Assembly (NCBI GenBank): GCA_036676985.1
Contig: JAKFBU010000023.1
Coordinates: 1-64,000, forward strand
Source: Candidatus Sericytochromatia bacterium
GTDB lineage: Bacteria; Cyanobacteriota; Sericytochromatia; S15B-MN24; UBA4093
Length of the DNA stretch: 64,000 nucleotides
Direction of reading: 5' to 3'
The notes under the pieces are model-generated. The model did not search any database and was not told where the DNA came from. It saw only the letters and a list, made by a program, of their open reading frames with translations. The position numbers and the translations under genes were made by a program. Below are positions 9,643 to 18,935 of this stretch, piece after piece (the stretch's first letter is position 1; the number at the start of each line of letters is the position of its first letter).

Positions 9643-10647
9643 ATGACAGCCCCGAACCTCCTCTCCGTCTCCCCTGTGGCCCCCGAGCGACACCTCCTGG
9701 AACGAGCCGCGAGGGTCCTGCAAGCCGGTGGATTGGTCGCCTTTCCGACCGAGACGGTCTACGGCCTGGGTGCCGACGCCAGGAGCCCCGAAGCCGTCCG
9801 CCGGATCTTCGCGGCCAAGGGTCGACCGGCGGACAACCCCCTCATCGTGCACGTCCCGGACATCCGGACGGCCAAATCGCTCGTCACCCACTGGCCCGAG
9901 ACGGCCGAGCGGCTGGCCGAGGCCTTCTGGCCCGGTCCCCTCACGCTGCTTTTGCCCAAGCGTCCGGAGATCCCCGACATGGTGACCGCTGGCCTGCCCG
10001 CGGTGGGTCTGCGGGTGCCCGCCCACCCGGTGGCCCGCGCGCTCCTCGAGGTGGCGGGACTACCCGTGGCCGCTCCCAGCGCCAATCCCTACATGGGGAT
10101 CTCTCCGACCACCGCCGATCACGTCGCCAGGGGCCTGGGCGATCGCGTGGACCTCATCCTCGACGGCGGTCCCACCGAGGTCGGCATCGAATCCACGGTC
10201 CTGGACCTGACAGGAGACACGCCCCTGGTGCTGCGGCCGGGCGGCGTGAGCCTCGCGGCCCTGCAGCGCGTGGTGCCCGAGACCCGCATGGCGAGCAAGA
10301 TCGAGGCCGAAGGCCCACGTCTCTCTCCTGGGCTCGCCAGGCGGCATTACTCTCCACAGGCCGCACTGCGGTTGTTGGATGATCGAACGAGCCTGATCGC
10401 CGCGGCCCAGGCGGCCGCCGACGAGGCGCTCGGGATCATGAGCCTCGGATCTCCACCTGCGGATCTTCCGCCGGCCGTCGTGCGCCCCATGCCCATGGAC
10501 CCCGAAGGCTACGCCCAGGCTCTCTACGCCACTCTCCATGACCTGGACGCGGCGGGAGCGACCCTCATCCTGGCCGAGCGCCCCCCGGCCGAGCCAGGCT
10601 GGATCGCCGTGCTCGATCGCCTGACCCGAGCGGCGGCCGAGCGGTAG
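9643..10647 (+). CDS. tsaC: L-threonylcarbamoyladenylate synthase (Sua5 type)
   Basis: VAFPTETVYGLGA, KGRPADNPLIVH, FWPGPLT, APSAN, GIESTV and PGxxxRHY motifs, plus C-terminal SUA5 domain. Confidence 0.95.
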   Translation: MTAPNLLSVSPVAPERHLLERAARVLQAGGLVAFPTETVYGLGADARSPEAVRRIFAAKGRPADNPLIVHVPDIRTAKSLVTHWPETAERLAEAFWPGPLTLLLPKRPEIPDMVTAGLPAVGLRVPAHPVARALLEVAGLPVAAPSANPYMGISPTTADHVARGLGDRVDLILDGGPTEVGIESTVLDLTGDTPLVLRPGGVSLAALQRVVPETRMASKIEAEGPRLSPGLARRHYSPQAALRLLDDRTSLIAAAQAAADEALGIMSLGSPPADLPPAVVRPMPMDPEGYAQALYATLHDLDAAGATLILAERPPAEPGWIAVLDRLTRAAAER

Positions 10648-10762
10648 GATTTGGCCGTCGGCAAATTCCCGTTAAAACTTCATTAGTTGACTCAAGAGCC
10701 ATGAACCGTTCGGGTATATGACGCCTATATGGTCGCTGGTACCTTCATAAGGGGGGACACGT

Positions 10763-13048
10763 ATGTCCGGAACCGGACCCTTGAACAACAACGCCGCCGC
10801 CGCGGCAGCCGCCGAAGCCGCCCGACGCCGGGCCGCCGAAGAGGCGCGGCGCCGTGCCGAGGAGGAGGCCCGCAAACGCGCCGAGGAAGCGGCGCGCCGC
10901 CGCGCGGCTGAAGAGGCGGCTCGCAAGAAGGCCGCCGAGGAGGCCGCCCGCAAGAAGGCCGAAGAAGCCCAGCGCGAGAAGATGGCCGAGAAGGCCGCCG
11001 AGCGTCGCGAGGCCTACGCCGAGAAGGCCGAGCAGAAGGCGGAACTGAAGGCCGAGCAGCCGACCAATCCGATGCAGGCCAAGATGGAGCGCATCATGCG
11101 CGAGGAGACTCAGCGCGACTCCAAGCCCCTGTCGCGCGCCGACCAGGCCTCCAACAGCCTGGCAGGGCGGATCGGCGCGCACGAGTCGGCGGTCAACAAG
11201 AAGATCGACGGGGCGGACAAGGTCCCCGGCGAGGCCAAGGACGCCGTGCGCGACCTCAACAAGCAGGTCACCGACCAGGCCCGCGATGTCGTCAAGCAGG
11301 CCGACGGCCAGGTCGCCCAGATCAACAAGCTCGCCGAGCAGGCGAGCGCCGGCAAGACCCCCGAGCAGAAGAAGGTCATCATGGACGAGGCCGACAAGCA
11401 GTCGGCCGCCATCTACCAGGAAGCGGAGCGCCACGTCGACAAGGTCCTCGACCAGACCTATGAGAAGTCCGGCGAGATCCTCGAGAAGGCCGAAGAGAAG
11501 GACAACGGCGGCGGCGTCGGCGGCTGGCTCAAGGATCGGGTCGACGACGTCAAGGACCTCGCGAGCGATGCCTGGAACGCCGCCACGGACTTCGTGGGCG
11601 ACGTGACGGGTGCGGCCGGGGACGCCGCGTCGGCCGTGGGCGACTTCGCCTCGGACAAGGTCGCGGAATTCGGCAACTACGTCGCCGACCAGGCCTATGA
11701 CAAGGTCATCGACCCCACGCTCGACAAGAGCGCGCTGGGCGAGGACAACGAGTACAACAACGAGAAGACCGGAGCCGTCGGCGACCTCATCACCAACCGC
11801 CTGGAGCCCGGCGAGAGCGTCTTCTTGAAGCTCGAGGCCGATGCCCAGATCGGCGGCGTGCAGGTCGGCGCCGGCGCGCAGGTCCAGATCAAGCGCGTCC
11901 AGATGACCGACGAGAACGGCAATACGGTCACCGAGCCCAAGGATGCCAAGGGCCGCCCGCCCACGGAGCTCGAGGTCAGCCTCCTGGCGGACGCCAACGT
12001 GGGCGTCGGCTTCTCGGCCTCGGCCGGCACCGGCCCCAAGGGCAAGGAGGGCGACGAGCGGACGCTCGGAGCGTCCGCCGAGGCGGGCGTCTCGGCGCAG
12101 GCCGGCATCTCCGGCCAGGCGGAGTTCAAGTTCCGCTTCGACCCCAACTCCCAGAAGGACATGGACGACATGACGGGGATCTTCAAGACCGCGGCCAAGA
12201 CCGGCCTCGAGTCGGCCATCCCCGGCATCGGAACGGCGCTTGCGGCCTCCAACGTCCCGGATCTCGCCAAGGACGCCGCCGCCTTCGGCAGCCACCTGAC
12301 GGAGATTCGCGGCGAGGTCGGCGCCTATGCCAACGCCTCGGCGAGCGCCAGCGTCTCGGCAGGCGCGCTGGCCAAGGAGCCGGCGGATGGCGCGGAAGCG
12401 GCTGCAGGGGCCGAAGGAGCGGAGAAGCCATCCATGCTCCAGAACCTCAAGAACAAGGGGCTCGACGCGGCCCAGCTGCAGGCCGAGCTCGGGGCGTCCG
12501 TCGGTGCGGAGCTCAAGATGGGCATCAGCAAGGACTTCCGAACCGGGGACACGACTCTGTACTTCACGGCCTCGGCCCAGGCGCAGGCGTCGGCCTCCGC
12601 CGGCAAGTTTGGCGAGGGCGTCGGCGGCACCGCGAACCGGACCATCGCCGTCAAGGTCGACCAGAGCGGCGAAATCGAGGGCATCCAGGTCAAGGACACC
12701 ACCACCAAGAAGACCTTCGCGGGCTTCGGCAGCGAGGATGTCCAGGGCCAGCGGATCGACGACGAAGCCTTGTCGCTCCTGTCGGGTGAGGACAAGGTCA
12801 CCGTGACCCGGAGCCTCAAGCCCGAGGCGGTGGATGCCTTCAAGCAGGAGTTCAAGGACAACCAGGTGGCCGCCGTCGCTGGCCTGGGCCTGGACGCCGT
12901 GCGGATGGACGCCAAGAAGATGGAGGTCACCAACATCACGGGCACCACCACCACCAAGACCGAGCTTGGCATCGACGCCAAGATCGCCCAGCTCAAGCTC
13001 ACCTTGGGCCACTCGCAGGACGTGGACCTGACGGCCGGGAAGCGGTAA
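10763..13048 (+). CDS. Hypothetical 761-aa protein (E/R/K/A single-alpha-helix N-terminus, amphipathic middle, Gly/Ala/Ser beta-rich C-terminus)
   Basis: Long ORF with host-like codon usage, AAGGGGGG RBS, no signal peptide. Confidence 0.8.
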   Translation: MSGTGPLNNNAAAAAAAEAARRRAAEEARRRAEEEARKRAEEAARRRAAEEAARKKAAEEAARKKAEEAQREKMAEKAAERREAYAEKAEQKAELKAEQPTNPMQAKMERIMREETQRDSKPLSRADQASNSLAGRIGAHESAVNKKIDGADKVPGEAKDAVRDLNKQVTDQARDVVKQADGQVAQINKLAEQASAGKTPEQKKVIMDEADKQSAAIYQEAERHVDKVLDQTYEKSGEILEKAEEKDNGGGVGGWLKDRVDDVKDLASDAWNAATDFVGDVTGAAGDAASAVGDFASDKVAEFGNYVADQAYDKVIDPTLDKSALGEDNEYNNEKTGAVGDLITNRLEPGESVFLKLEADAQIGGVQVGAGAQVQIKRVQMTDENGNTVTEPKDAKGRPPTELEVSLLADANVGVGFSASAGTGPKGKEGDERTLGASAEAGVSAQAGISGQAEFKFRFDPNSQKDMDDMTGIFKTAAKTGLESAIPGIGTALAASNVPDLAKDAAAFGSHLTEIRGEVGAYANASASASVSAGALAKEPADGAEAAAGAEGAEKPSMLQNLKNKGLDAAQLQAELGASVGAELKMGISKDFRTGDTTLYFTASAQAQASASAGKFGEGVGGTANRTIAVKVDQSGEIEGIQVKDTTTKKTFAGFGSEDVQGQRIDDEALSLLSGEDKVTVTRSLKPEAVDAFKQEFKDNQVAAVAGLGLDAVRMDAKKMEVTNITGTTTTKTELGIDAKIAQLKLTLGHSQDVDLTAGKR

Positions 13049-13057
13049 AGGAACGCC

Positions 13058-13474
13058 ATGAACATCCAAGTGGACCTGATTTCAGGGGCTCGGACCTACG
13101 AGTTGGACCTCGAGGAGGTGCCGTTCCAGTCGCGCCTCGGCGCCAACGATGGCAGGCTCGAGATCGTCAGCGATCGCCACGGCCGGATCACCGGCGCCAA
13201 GGTGGAGTTCGTCGCTCCCAAGCGCTTCTTGCTCGATGAGATCGACCGCATCGCCCAGGAGGCGAGCTGGACGATCCCCATCGACGAGATCCGCGCGGCG
13301 CCGACGCACCAGTTCGTGGTGGACATGGTGCTCAAGCCCCAGTACCTCGCGGAGCTCGAGAGCCTCGACGTCCAGGACCCGAACCTGGATGTCAAGGTCG
13401 GGTGGTACCCGGCCCTGCTGGACGACCGCCACTACAGCATCGAGAACATCCGGATCGAAGAAGCGCCCCAGTAG
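13058..13474 (+). CDS. Hypothetical acidic 138-aa protein
   Basis: AAGGA RBS overlaps the upstream stop. Host-like codon usage. Confidence 0.75.
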   Translation: MNIQVDLISGARTYELDLEEVPFQSRLGANDGRLEIVSDRHGRITGAKVEFVAPKRFLLDEIDRIAQEASWTIPIDEIRAAPTHQFVVDMVLKPQYLAELESLDVQDPNLDVKVGWYPALLDDRHYSIENIRIEEAPQ

Positions 13475-13485
13475 GGGCGCTTCTT
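13458..13485. terminator. Hairpin between convergent genes (likely bidirectional terminator)
   Basis: AAGAAGCGCCCC-AGTA-GGGGCGCTTCTT inverted repeat. Confidence 0.65.
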
Positions 13486-13503
13486 GCTTGGAGCCGTGGT
13501 GGT

Positions 13504-16158
13504 TTAGCCCGTGGGCGCCTCGCCCTGGGTGCCGGGATAGGGGCTGACGGCCTCCTCGGCGGGCCGCGGCGCGCGGAAGAACGTGAAGCGCCCGTCGGCG
13601 TAGTCGACGCGGATGACGTCGCCCTGCTGGAACTCCTCTTCGAGCAAGAGGCGGCTGATGGGCGTCTCGATCTCCCGCTGGATGGCCCGGCGCAAGGGAC
13701 GTGCTCCGTACTCCGGCTCGAAGCCGCGCTCGGCAATCGCGACCTTGGCACCCGCGGACACGTCCAGGGACAGCCCCTGGGCGTGCACCTTGCGGCGCGT
13801 TTCCTCGAGCATGAGGTCGACGATCTGCTGGATCTGCTCCTGGTTGAGCGGGTGGAAGACGATGATCTCGTCGATGCGGTTCAGGAACTCGGGTCGGAAG
13901 CTCGCGCGCAGGGCCTGGAGCGCCTCGTCCTTGATGCTCTCCCAGGGTTCCCCGGCCTTCTCGCGCTCGAAGATCCGGAGGGCGCCCACGTTGGAGGTCA
14001 TAATGACGACGGTGTTCTTGAAGCTCACGGTCCGGCCCTTGTTGTCCGTCAGGCGGCCGTCGTCGAGGATCTGCAGCAGCGTGTTGAAGACGTCCGGGTG
14101 GGCCTTTTCGATCTCGTCGAACAGCACCACCGAGTAGGGCTTGCGCCGCACGGCCTCGGTGAGCTGGCCCGCCTCCTCGTAACCCACATAGCCCGGAGGG
14201 GCCCCCACCAGGCGGCTGACGGTGTGCTTTTCCTGGAACTCGCTCATGTCGAGCCGGATCATGGCGTCCTCGTCGTTGAAGAGGTACTCCGCCAGGGACT
14301 TGGCGAGCTCGGTCTTGCCCACGCCCGTCGGCCCCAGGAAGATGAACGAGCCGATGGGGCGGTTGGGGTCCTTCATGCCGGTGCGCGAGCGGCGCACGGC
14401 CTCGGCGACGGCGACGACCGCGTCCTCCTGGCCGATGACCCGCTGGTGCAGGACCTCCTCCATCTTGAGGAGGCGCTCTTTCTCCTCCTGCAACAGCTTC
14501 TCGGCCGGAATGCCCGTCCAATCCCCGATCACCTTGGCGATATCCTCGCTGGTGACCTTCGGGGTCTCGCCGCCCTTCTCGCTCTTCCAGCCCTTGCGCA
14601 CCTTGTCGAGGCGCTCCTTGATCACGTCCTCTTCGGCCTTGAGGCGCTTGGCCCGTTCGAAGTCCTCCCGGAAGGCGGCCTCGTCCTTGTCGCGCGTGAG
14701 GCGCACCAGCCGATCCTCGAGATCCGAGACCTCCGCCGGCTCGCGGCGGCTGCGCAGGTGCTTCATGGAGGCGGCCTCGTCCACCAGGTCGATGGCCTTG
14801 TCCGGCAGGAAGCGATCCGTCACGTAGCGATCCGACATCTCGGCGGCCGAGACCAGGGCCTCGTCGGTGATCTCGACGCCGTGGTGCGCCTCGTAGAGGT
14901 CCACCAGCCCGCGCAGGATCGCGATGGTCTGGTCCACGTTGGGCTCCTGGACCAGCACCGGCTGGAAGCGGCGCTCGAGGGCGGCGTCCTTCTCGATGTG
15001 CTTGCGGTACTCGTCGAGCGTGGTGGCACCTACCGTGCGGAGCTCGCCCCGGGCGAGGGCGGGCTTGAGCATGTTGGAGGCGTCCATGGAGCCCTCCGCG
15101 GCCCCCGCGCCCACCACCGTGTGCAGCTCGTCGATGAAGAGGATGATCTGCCCCTCCTGCTCCTTGACCTCGTCCATCAGGCCCTTGAGGCGCTCCTCGA
15201 ACTCGCCGCGGTACTTGGTGCCCGCGACCAGGGAGCCGAGGTCCAGGGAGAGGACGCGCTTGTCCTTGAGGATGTCCGGCACGTCTCCCGCGATGATGGC
15301 CTGTGCCAGGCCGTCGGCGATCGCCGTCTTGCCGACGCCGGGCTCGCCGATGAGCACCGGGTTGTTCTTGGTGCGGCGGCTGAGGATGCGGACCACCCGA
15401 TCGATCTCGTCGTCGCGCCCGATGACCGGATCGAGCTTGCCGCTCTTCGCCAGCTCGGTGAGGTCGCGGGTGTACTTGGACAGGTTCGGGGTCGGCTTGC
15501 CTCCGCGCCCGGACTGCGGAGCGCCCGTGCAGCGGGGCATCGGGGCGGCCTCGGTCCGGGGCATGCCGCGCTCCATGCTCTCTTGCAGGATCTGCGAGGC
15601 GAGACTCTCGCCTTCCTCCAGGAGTCCCGAGAGGAGGTGCTCCGGCCGGATGGTGAGCGTCCCGTCGAGGAAGGCCGCGTCGCTCGCGAGGCGAATGGCG
15701 CGCTTGAGGCGGGGCGTCATGGCCACCTGGCCGGGCCGTTCGCCCTCCTGGGGCGGGAAGGCCTCCTCGATCCGGCCCCGCACGTCGTCCGGATCGAGCC
15801 CGAGACGGCCGGCCAGGGTCGTGCCCAGCGCCGGGTCTTGCAAAAGGGACAAGAGCAGGAACTCGCTCTCCAGGCGCGGGATGTTGCGCTCGGCCGCGTA
15901 CTCCGCCGCCGTCTGGAGGACGCGGCGCGCATCGTCGGACAGGCGGTCCAGAAGGTTGTCCGACGAGGTCGGACGGATGCCGAAGACACGCTCGAGCATG
16001 TTGTCGAGGCCGAAGCCTCCCCACTCCTGCCCACCACCGCGTTCAGCCTTGAAGTGGCTCGCGCAGTGGGCGCAAAGATGCACCTCCTGGCGCTCACCGT
16101 TGACCGATTGCGTGAAATGGAAAGTCGCTGGACGTTGTTGGCAGTTGGCGCACAGCAT
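13504..16158 (-). CDS. Clp/Hsp100 AAA+ ATPase with N-terminal Zn finger, Clp_N-like domain and UVR-type middle domain (ClpE/ClpG/ClpC-like)
   Basis: CxxC...CxxC N-terminus. Walker A GEPGVGKT and GPTGVGKT, Walker B LFIDELH and [34 protein letters not shown]. Confidence 0.92.
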   Translation of the reverse strand: MLCANCQQRPATFHFTQSVNGERQEVHLCAHCASHFKAERGGGQEWGGFGLDNMLERVFGIRPTSSDNLLDRLSDDARRVLQTAAEYAAERNIPRLESEFLLLSLLQDPALGTTLAGRLGLDPDDVRGRIEEAFPPQEGERPGQVAMTPRLKRAIRLASDAAFLDGTLTIRPEHLLSGLLEEGESLASQILQESMERGMPRTEAAPMPRCTGAPQSGRGGKPTPNLSKYTRDLTELAKSGKLDPVIGRDDEIDRVVRILSRRTKNNPVLIGEPGVGKTAIADGLAQAIIAGDVPDILKDKRVLSLDLGSLVAGTKYRGEFEERLKGLMDEVKEQEGQIILFIDELHTVVGAGAAEGSMDASNMLKPALARGELRTVGATTLDEYRKHIEKDAALERRFQPVLVQEPNVDQTIAILRGLVDLYEAHHGVEITDEALVSAAEMSDRYVTDRFLPDKAIDLVDEAASMKHLRSRREPAEVSDLEDRLVRLTRDKDEAAFREDFERAKRLKAEEDVIKERLDKVRKGWKSEKGGETPKVTSEDIAKVIGDWTGIPAEKLLQEEKERLLKMEEVLHQRVIGQEDAVVAVAEAVRRSRTGMKDPNRPIGSFIFLGPTGVGKTELAKSLAEYLFNDEDAMIRLDMSEFQEKHTVSRLVGAPPGYVGYEEAGQLTEAVRRKPYSVVLFDEIEKAHPDVFNTLLQILDDGRLTDNKGRTVSFKNTVVIMTSNVGALRIFEREKAGEPWESIKDEALQALRASFRPEFLNRIDEIIVFHPLNQEQIQQIVDLMLEETRRKVHAQGLSLDVSAGAKVAIAERGFEPEYGARPLRRAIQREIETPISRLLLEEEFQQGDVIRVDYADGRFTFFRAPRPAEEAVSPYPGTQGEAPTG

Positions 16159-16317
16159 GATGGACCTCCTGGCATACCCATGTCATGACCCTGCGCGGAT
16201 TTTAGATCCGCGCGTTGGGCCATGAAAGGCTCGGTCCCTCGGTTCAAAACCGCGATGGCCGCCGCCCCGTGCGGGCGGCGGCCACCTTGTAGCCGGTATG
16301 GCCAGAAGATTTCGGTG

Positions 16318-17151
16318 CTAGGCGGGTCCCACCGAGCGCTCGATCGATGCTTCGGACGTGGCCGCCTGCTTCGGGCCGAGGACCTCGAAGACGGCGACCG
16401 GCAACTCCTTGCCCTTGACCTTGATGGGCTCTAGGACGCGGTAGTCGAAGGCATGGCGGGTACCCTCGTAGGTCTCGGAGGCCACCAGGATGCCGCCGAC
16501 CGGCGCGTTGGCCTCCATGCGCTGGGCCAGGTTGACGGTGTCGCCCATGACCGTGTAGTCGCGCTTCTGGGCGCCACCGACCTCGCCCGCCACGACCATG
16601 CCGGTGTTGAGACCGCAGCGAATCTGCAGCCGGACGCCGATGCGGGGCTCCAGGGCGTCCGCGAACTCCCGCGCCGCCGCGAGCATGGCCCAGGCGGCAC
16701 TGACGGCCCGCTCGGGATCATCGGGCCGCACGGTGGGCACGCCGAAGAGCGACATGACGACGCTGTCGCCGATGTACTTGTCGACCACCCCGCCATGCCG
16801 GTAGATGGGCTCGGTGAGGACGGCGAAGAACTGGTTGCAGATGTCGCTGATTTCCTCGGGGTCCAGACGCTCGGTCATGGAGGCCAGGCCGATGAGCTCG
16901 GTGAACATGACCGTGACGACGCGGCGATCGCCCAGCTCGCTGGTCCCGCGACGCTCGACGACGAGCTCCTGGCTGACCAGGGCGGCCGCCTCGACGGCCG
17001 CGCCGCACTGGATGCAGAAGCGCGCCTGGGGCATCAACGGGGTATGGCAGGCGGTGCAGGCTTCGGGCGCGCGACGCGTGCCGCATTCGCGGCAGAACTT
17101 GTCGATCGGATCGAACTCGGTGGAGCATACGGCACATGTGGGGGGGTGCAT
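16318..17151 (-). CDS. Double zinc-ribbon + class III adenylate/guanylate cyclase domain protein (possibly degenerate)
   Basis: Four CxxC pairs, DKYIGD, GLNTG, DYTVMGDTVNLAQRME, VKGK. Confidence 0.85.
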   Translation of the reverse strand: MHPPTCAVCSTEFDPIDKFCRECGTRRAPEACTACHTPLMPQARFCIQCGAAVEAAALVSQELVVERRGTSELGDRRVVTVMFTELIGLASMTERLDPEEISDICNQFFAVLTEPIYRHGGVVDKYIGDSVVMSLFGVPTVRPDDPERAVSAAWAMLAAAREFADALEPRIGVRLQIRCGLNTGMVVAGEVGGAQKRDYTVMGDTVNLAQRMEANAPVGGILVASETYEGTRHAFDYRVLEPIKVKGKELPVAVFEVLGPKQAATSEASIERSVGPA

Positions 17152-17303
17152 CGAGACCTCCGATGGGTGTCGTGTGCGCCGGGCGAGACGCCGATGGGCC
17201 CTGGCGGTGGCACGAACGCTGCTGCTTCAGTATAGGCCGCTGTTAAGCTCGTGGCAAGAAGGCGGCCGCACCTGGCGAGGTGCGGCCGCTCCGTCTGTCA
17301 GGG

Positions 17304-18668
17304 CTAATCTTCCAGCGGGAGGAGGTCGTCGTTCTGGAGGTCCTCCTCATCGCCACCCTCGGACTGGGCTCGACGGTTACCCTTGCCCTTTGACGAACCG
17401 CCGCCCTGCTTGGGAGCCTTGGCGGCCTGTTTCGATCGGCCGCTCTCGGCGCGCTCCGACCGCTGCTTCGAGGCGACCCGTTCGCCGCCCGACTTATCCG
17501 CCGGGCGATCCTTGGCCACGCGGCGCTCTTCCGACCGCTGCGCCTGGCTGGGGCGATCCTTCCGTTCGTTGCGCTCGGCTCTGGGCCGCTCGCCCTGTTG
17601 ACGGTCCACCTTGTCGCCGCGAGGCCGGTCGCCGCCGTTTCCTTGAGGCCGTTCGCCGCCATTTCCGCGGGGCCGATCGCCCTTATCGCCACGGGGGCGA
17701 TCGTCACGGCCGTCCGACTTCTTGCGAGGCGGCTCCTTTCGCTCCCAGTCGGGCCGATCCTTTCGATGGCCCTTGCCCTTCCGCCAGTCGTCGAAGTCGT
17801 CATCGTTGTAGCGGCGGGGCTTGTGGCGCCAGATATCGTCCCAGTCGTAGTAGTCGTGGTCATTGCGGTAGGCAGGCCAGTTGTATTCCCAGTCCAGGTA
17901 ACCGTAGTAGTACGAGCGGCTATGGTAGTAGTACGGGTAGTAAAAGCCGTGATCGAAGATGAAGAGCGGGTAGTAACAGTAGCCGACGAAGAGCGGATCG
18001 AAGAACGGCTGGTAGACATACGGGTAGTAGAAGCTGTCCACCAGGATGTAGGGGACCCACACCGTATGGAAGGGGTAGTACATCAGGCGCGGGTAAATGC
18101 CGTAGTCGAACAGGGCGGGCAATCCGCCGTAGGCGAAACCATCCGCGAAACCACCGGGACCGTCCGGGAATCCGCCGGGACCATCCGGGAGGCCTCCGGG
18201 TCCGTCAGGGAAGCCACCGGGACCACCCGGTATGCCGCCCGGTCCGCCCGGGAAGCCGCCGGGACCACCCGGTATGCCGTCTCCGAAGCCTTTTCCGTCA
18301 GCGATCGGCCCTTGCAGGCGCCTCAGGTACTGCCCGGCATTGGCCTCGGGGATCTGAGGCGGGATACCATTCTGCAAGTCATTGAAGGACAAGGGCGGCT
18401 TTCCTGGCTGAACGATGGATGTGCCGTTGGGCTTGGCCACGGGAGGGGGAGCATCCGCTCGAATCTCGAGGGGCGCTGATTCGTTGCCCGCCGAAAAGGC
18501 CTTGGGAATCAAGGGCTCAGTCGAATCGCCCACAGGACGCGCGTCGATCGGGGGCAGCGACTGATCCGGGGTCTGGGCGGGCGGCAGGGTCGGTCCGCAA
18601 CCGAGCAGGGACATAGATAGGGTGAGGACACCGAGGTGGGGCCACAGGCGAGCGGAGTGACGTCTCAC
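17304..18668 (-). CDS. Low-complexity lipoprotein (Pro-rich, GGPGGFP repeats, Tyr-rich block, charged tail)
   Basis: SLLG-C lipobox, AAGGAGG RBS before the GTG start. Confidence 0.7.
   Translation of the reverse strand: MRRHSARLWPHLGVLTLSMSLLGCGPTLPPAQTPDQSLPPIDARPVGDSTEPLIPKAFSAGNESAPLEIRADAPPPVAKPNGTSIVQPGKPPLSFNDLQNGIPPQIPEANAGQYLRRLQGPIADGKGFGDGIPGGPGGFPGGPGGIPGGPGGFPDGPGGLPDGPGGFPDGPGGFADGFAYGGLPALFDYGIYPRLMYYPFHTVWVPYILVDSFYYPYVYQPFFDPLFVGYCYYPLFIFDHGFYYPYYYHSRSYYYGYLDWEYNWPAYRNDHDYYDWDDIWRHKPRRYNDDDFDDWRKGKGHRKDRPDWERKEPPRKKSDGRDDRPRGDKGDRPRGNGGERPQGNGGDRPRGDKVDRQQGERPRAERNERKDRPSQAQRSEERRVAKDRPADKSGGERVASKQRSERAESGRSKQAAKAPKQGGGSSKGKGNRRAQSEGGDEEDLQNDDLLPLED
18148..18281 (-). repeat. 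Coding tandem repeat, about 6 x 21 nt, encoding (G/D)GPGG(F/I/L)P
   Basis: Translation GIPGGPGGFPGGPGGIPGGPGGFPDGPGGLPDGPGGFPDGPGGF. Confidence 0.85.
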
Positions 18669-18935
18669 GCTTGAACCTCCTTACGAGGGCTTCCTCTTCC
18701 TGAGCAACACCCAGCACGTTAGTCCCGCTTGCCCCCAATGACAACGCTCGGTCAATCGCTCGCCGAGGGGATCGGCGGCCAGGCGAGGAATATGAACGGG
18801 CCTCCGGATTACGTTTCAGACGCCGCTGGTCATGACTCGCAAAGGTTTTACTCGCCCGCCCGCCCCGGTCGCCATACTATCCCCCGACGAGGGGTACAAA
18901 GCTTCCAAACGTTCGGTTCTCTGGGAGGAGGAAGC

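Noticed and set aside
16174-16179. GGGTAT upstream of the Clp gene as a regulon member
   Set aside because: It is only about 16 nt from the ATG, so a TSS there would cut into the RBS. Left out of the motif set.
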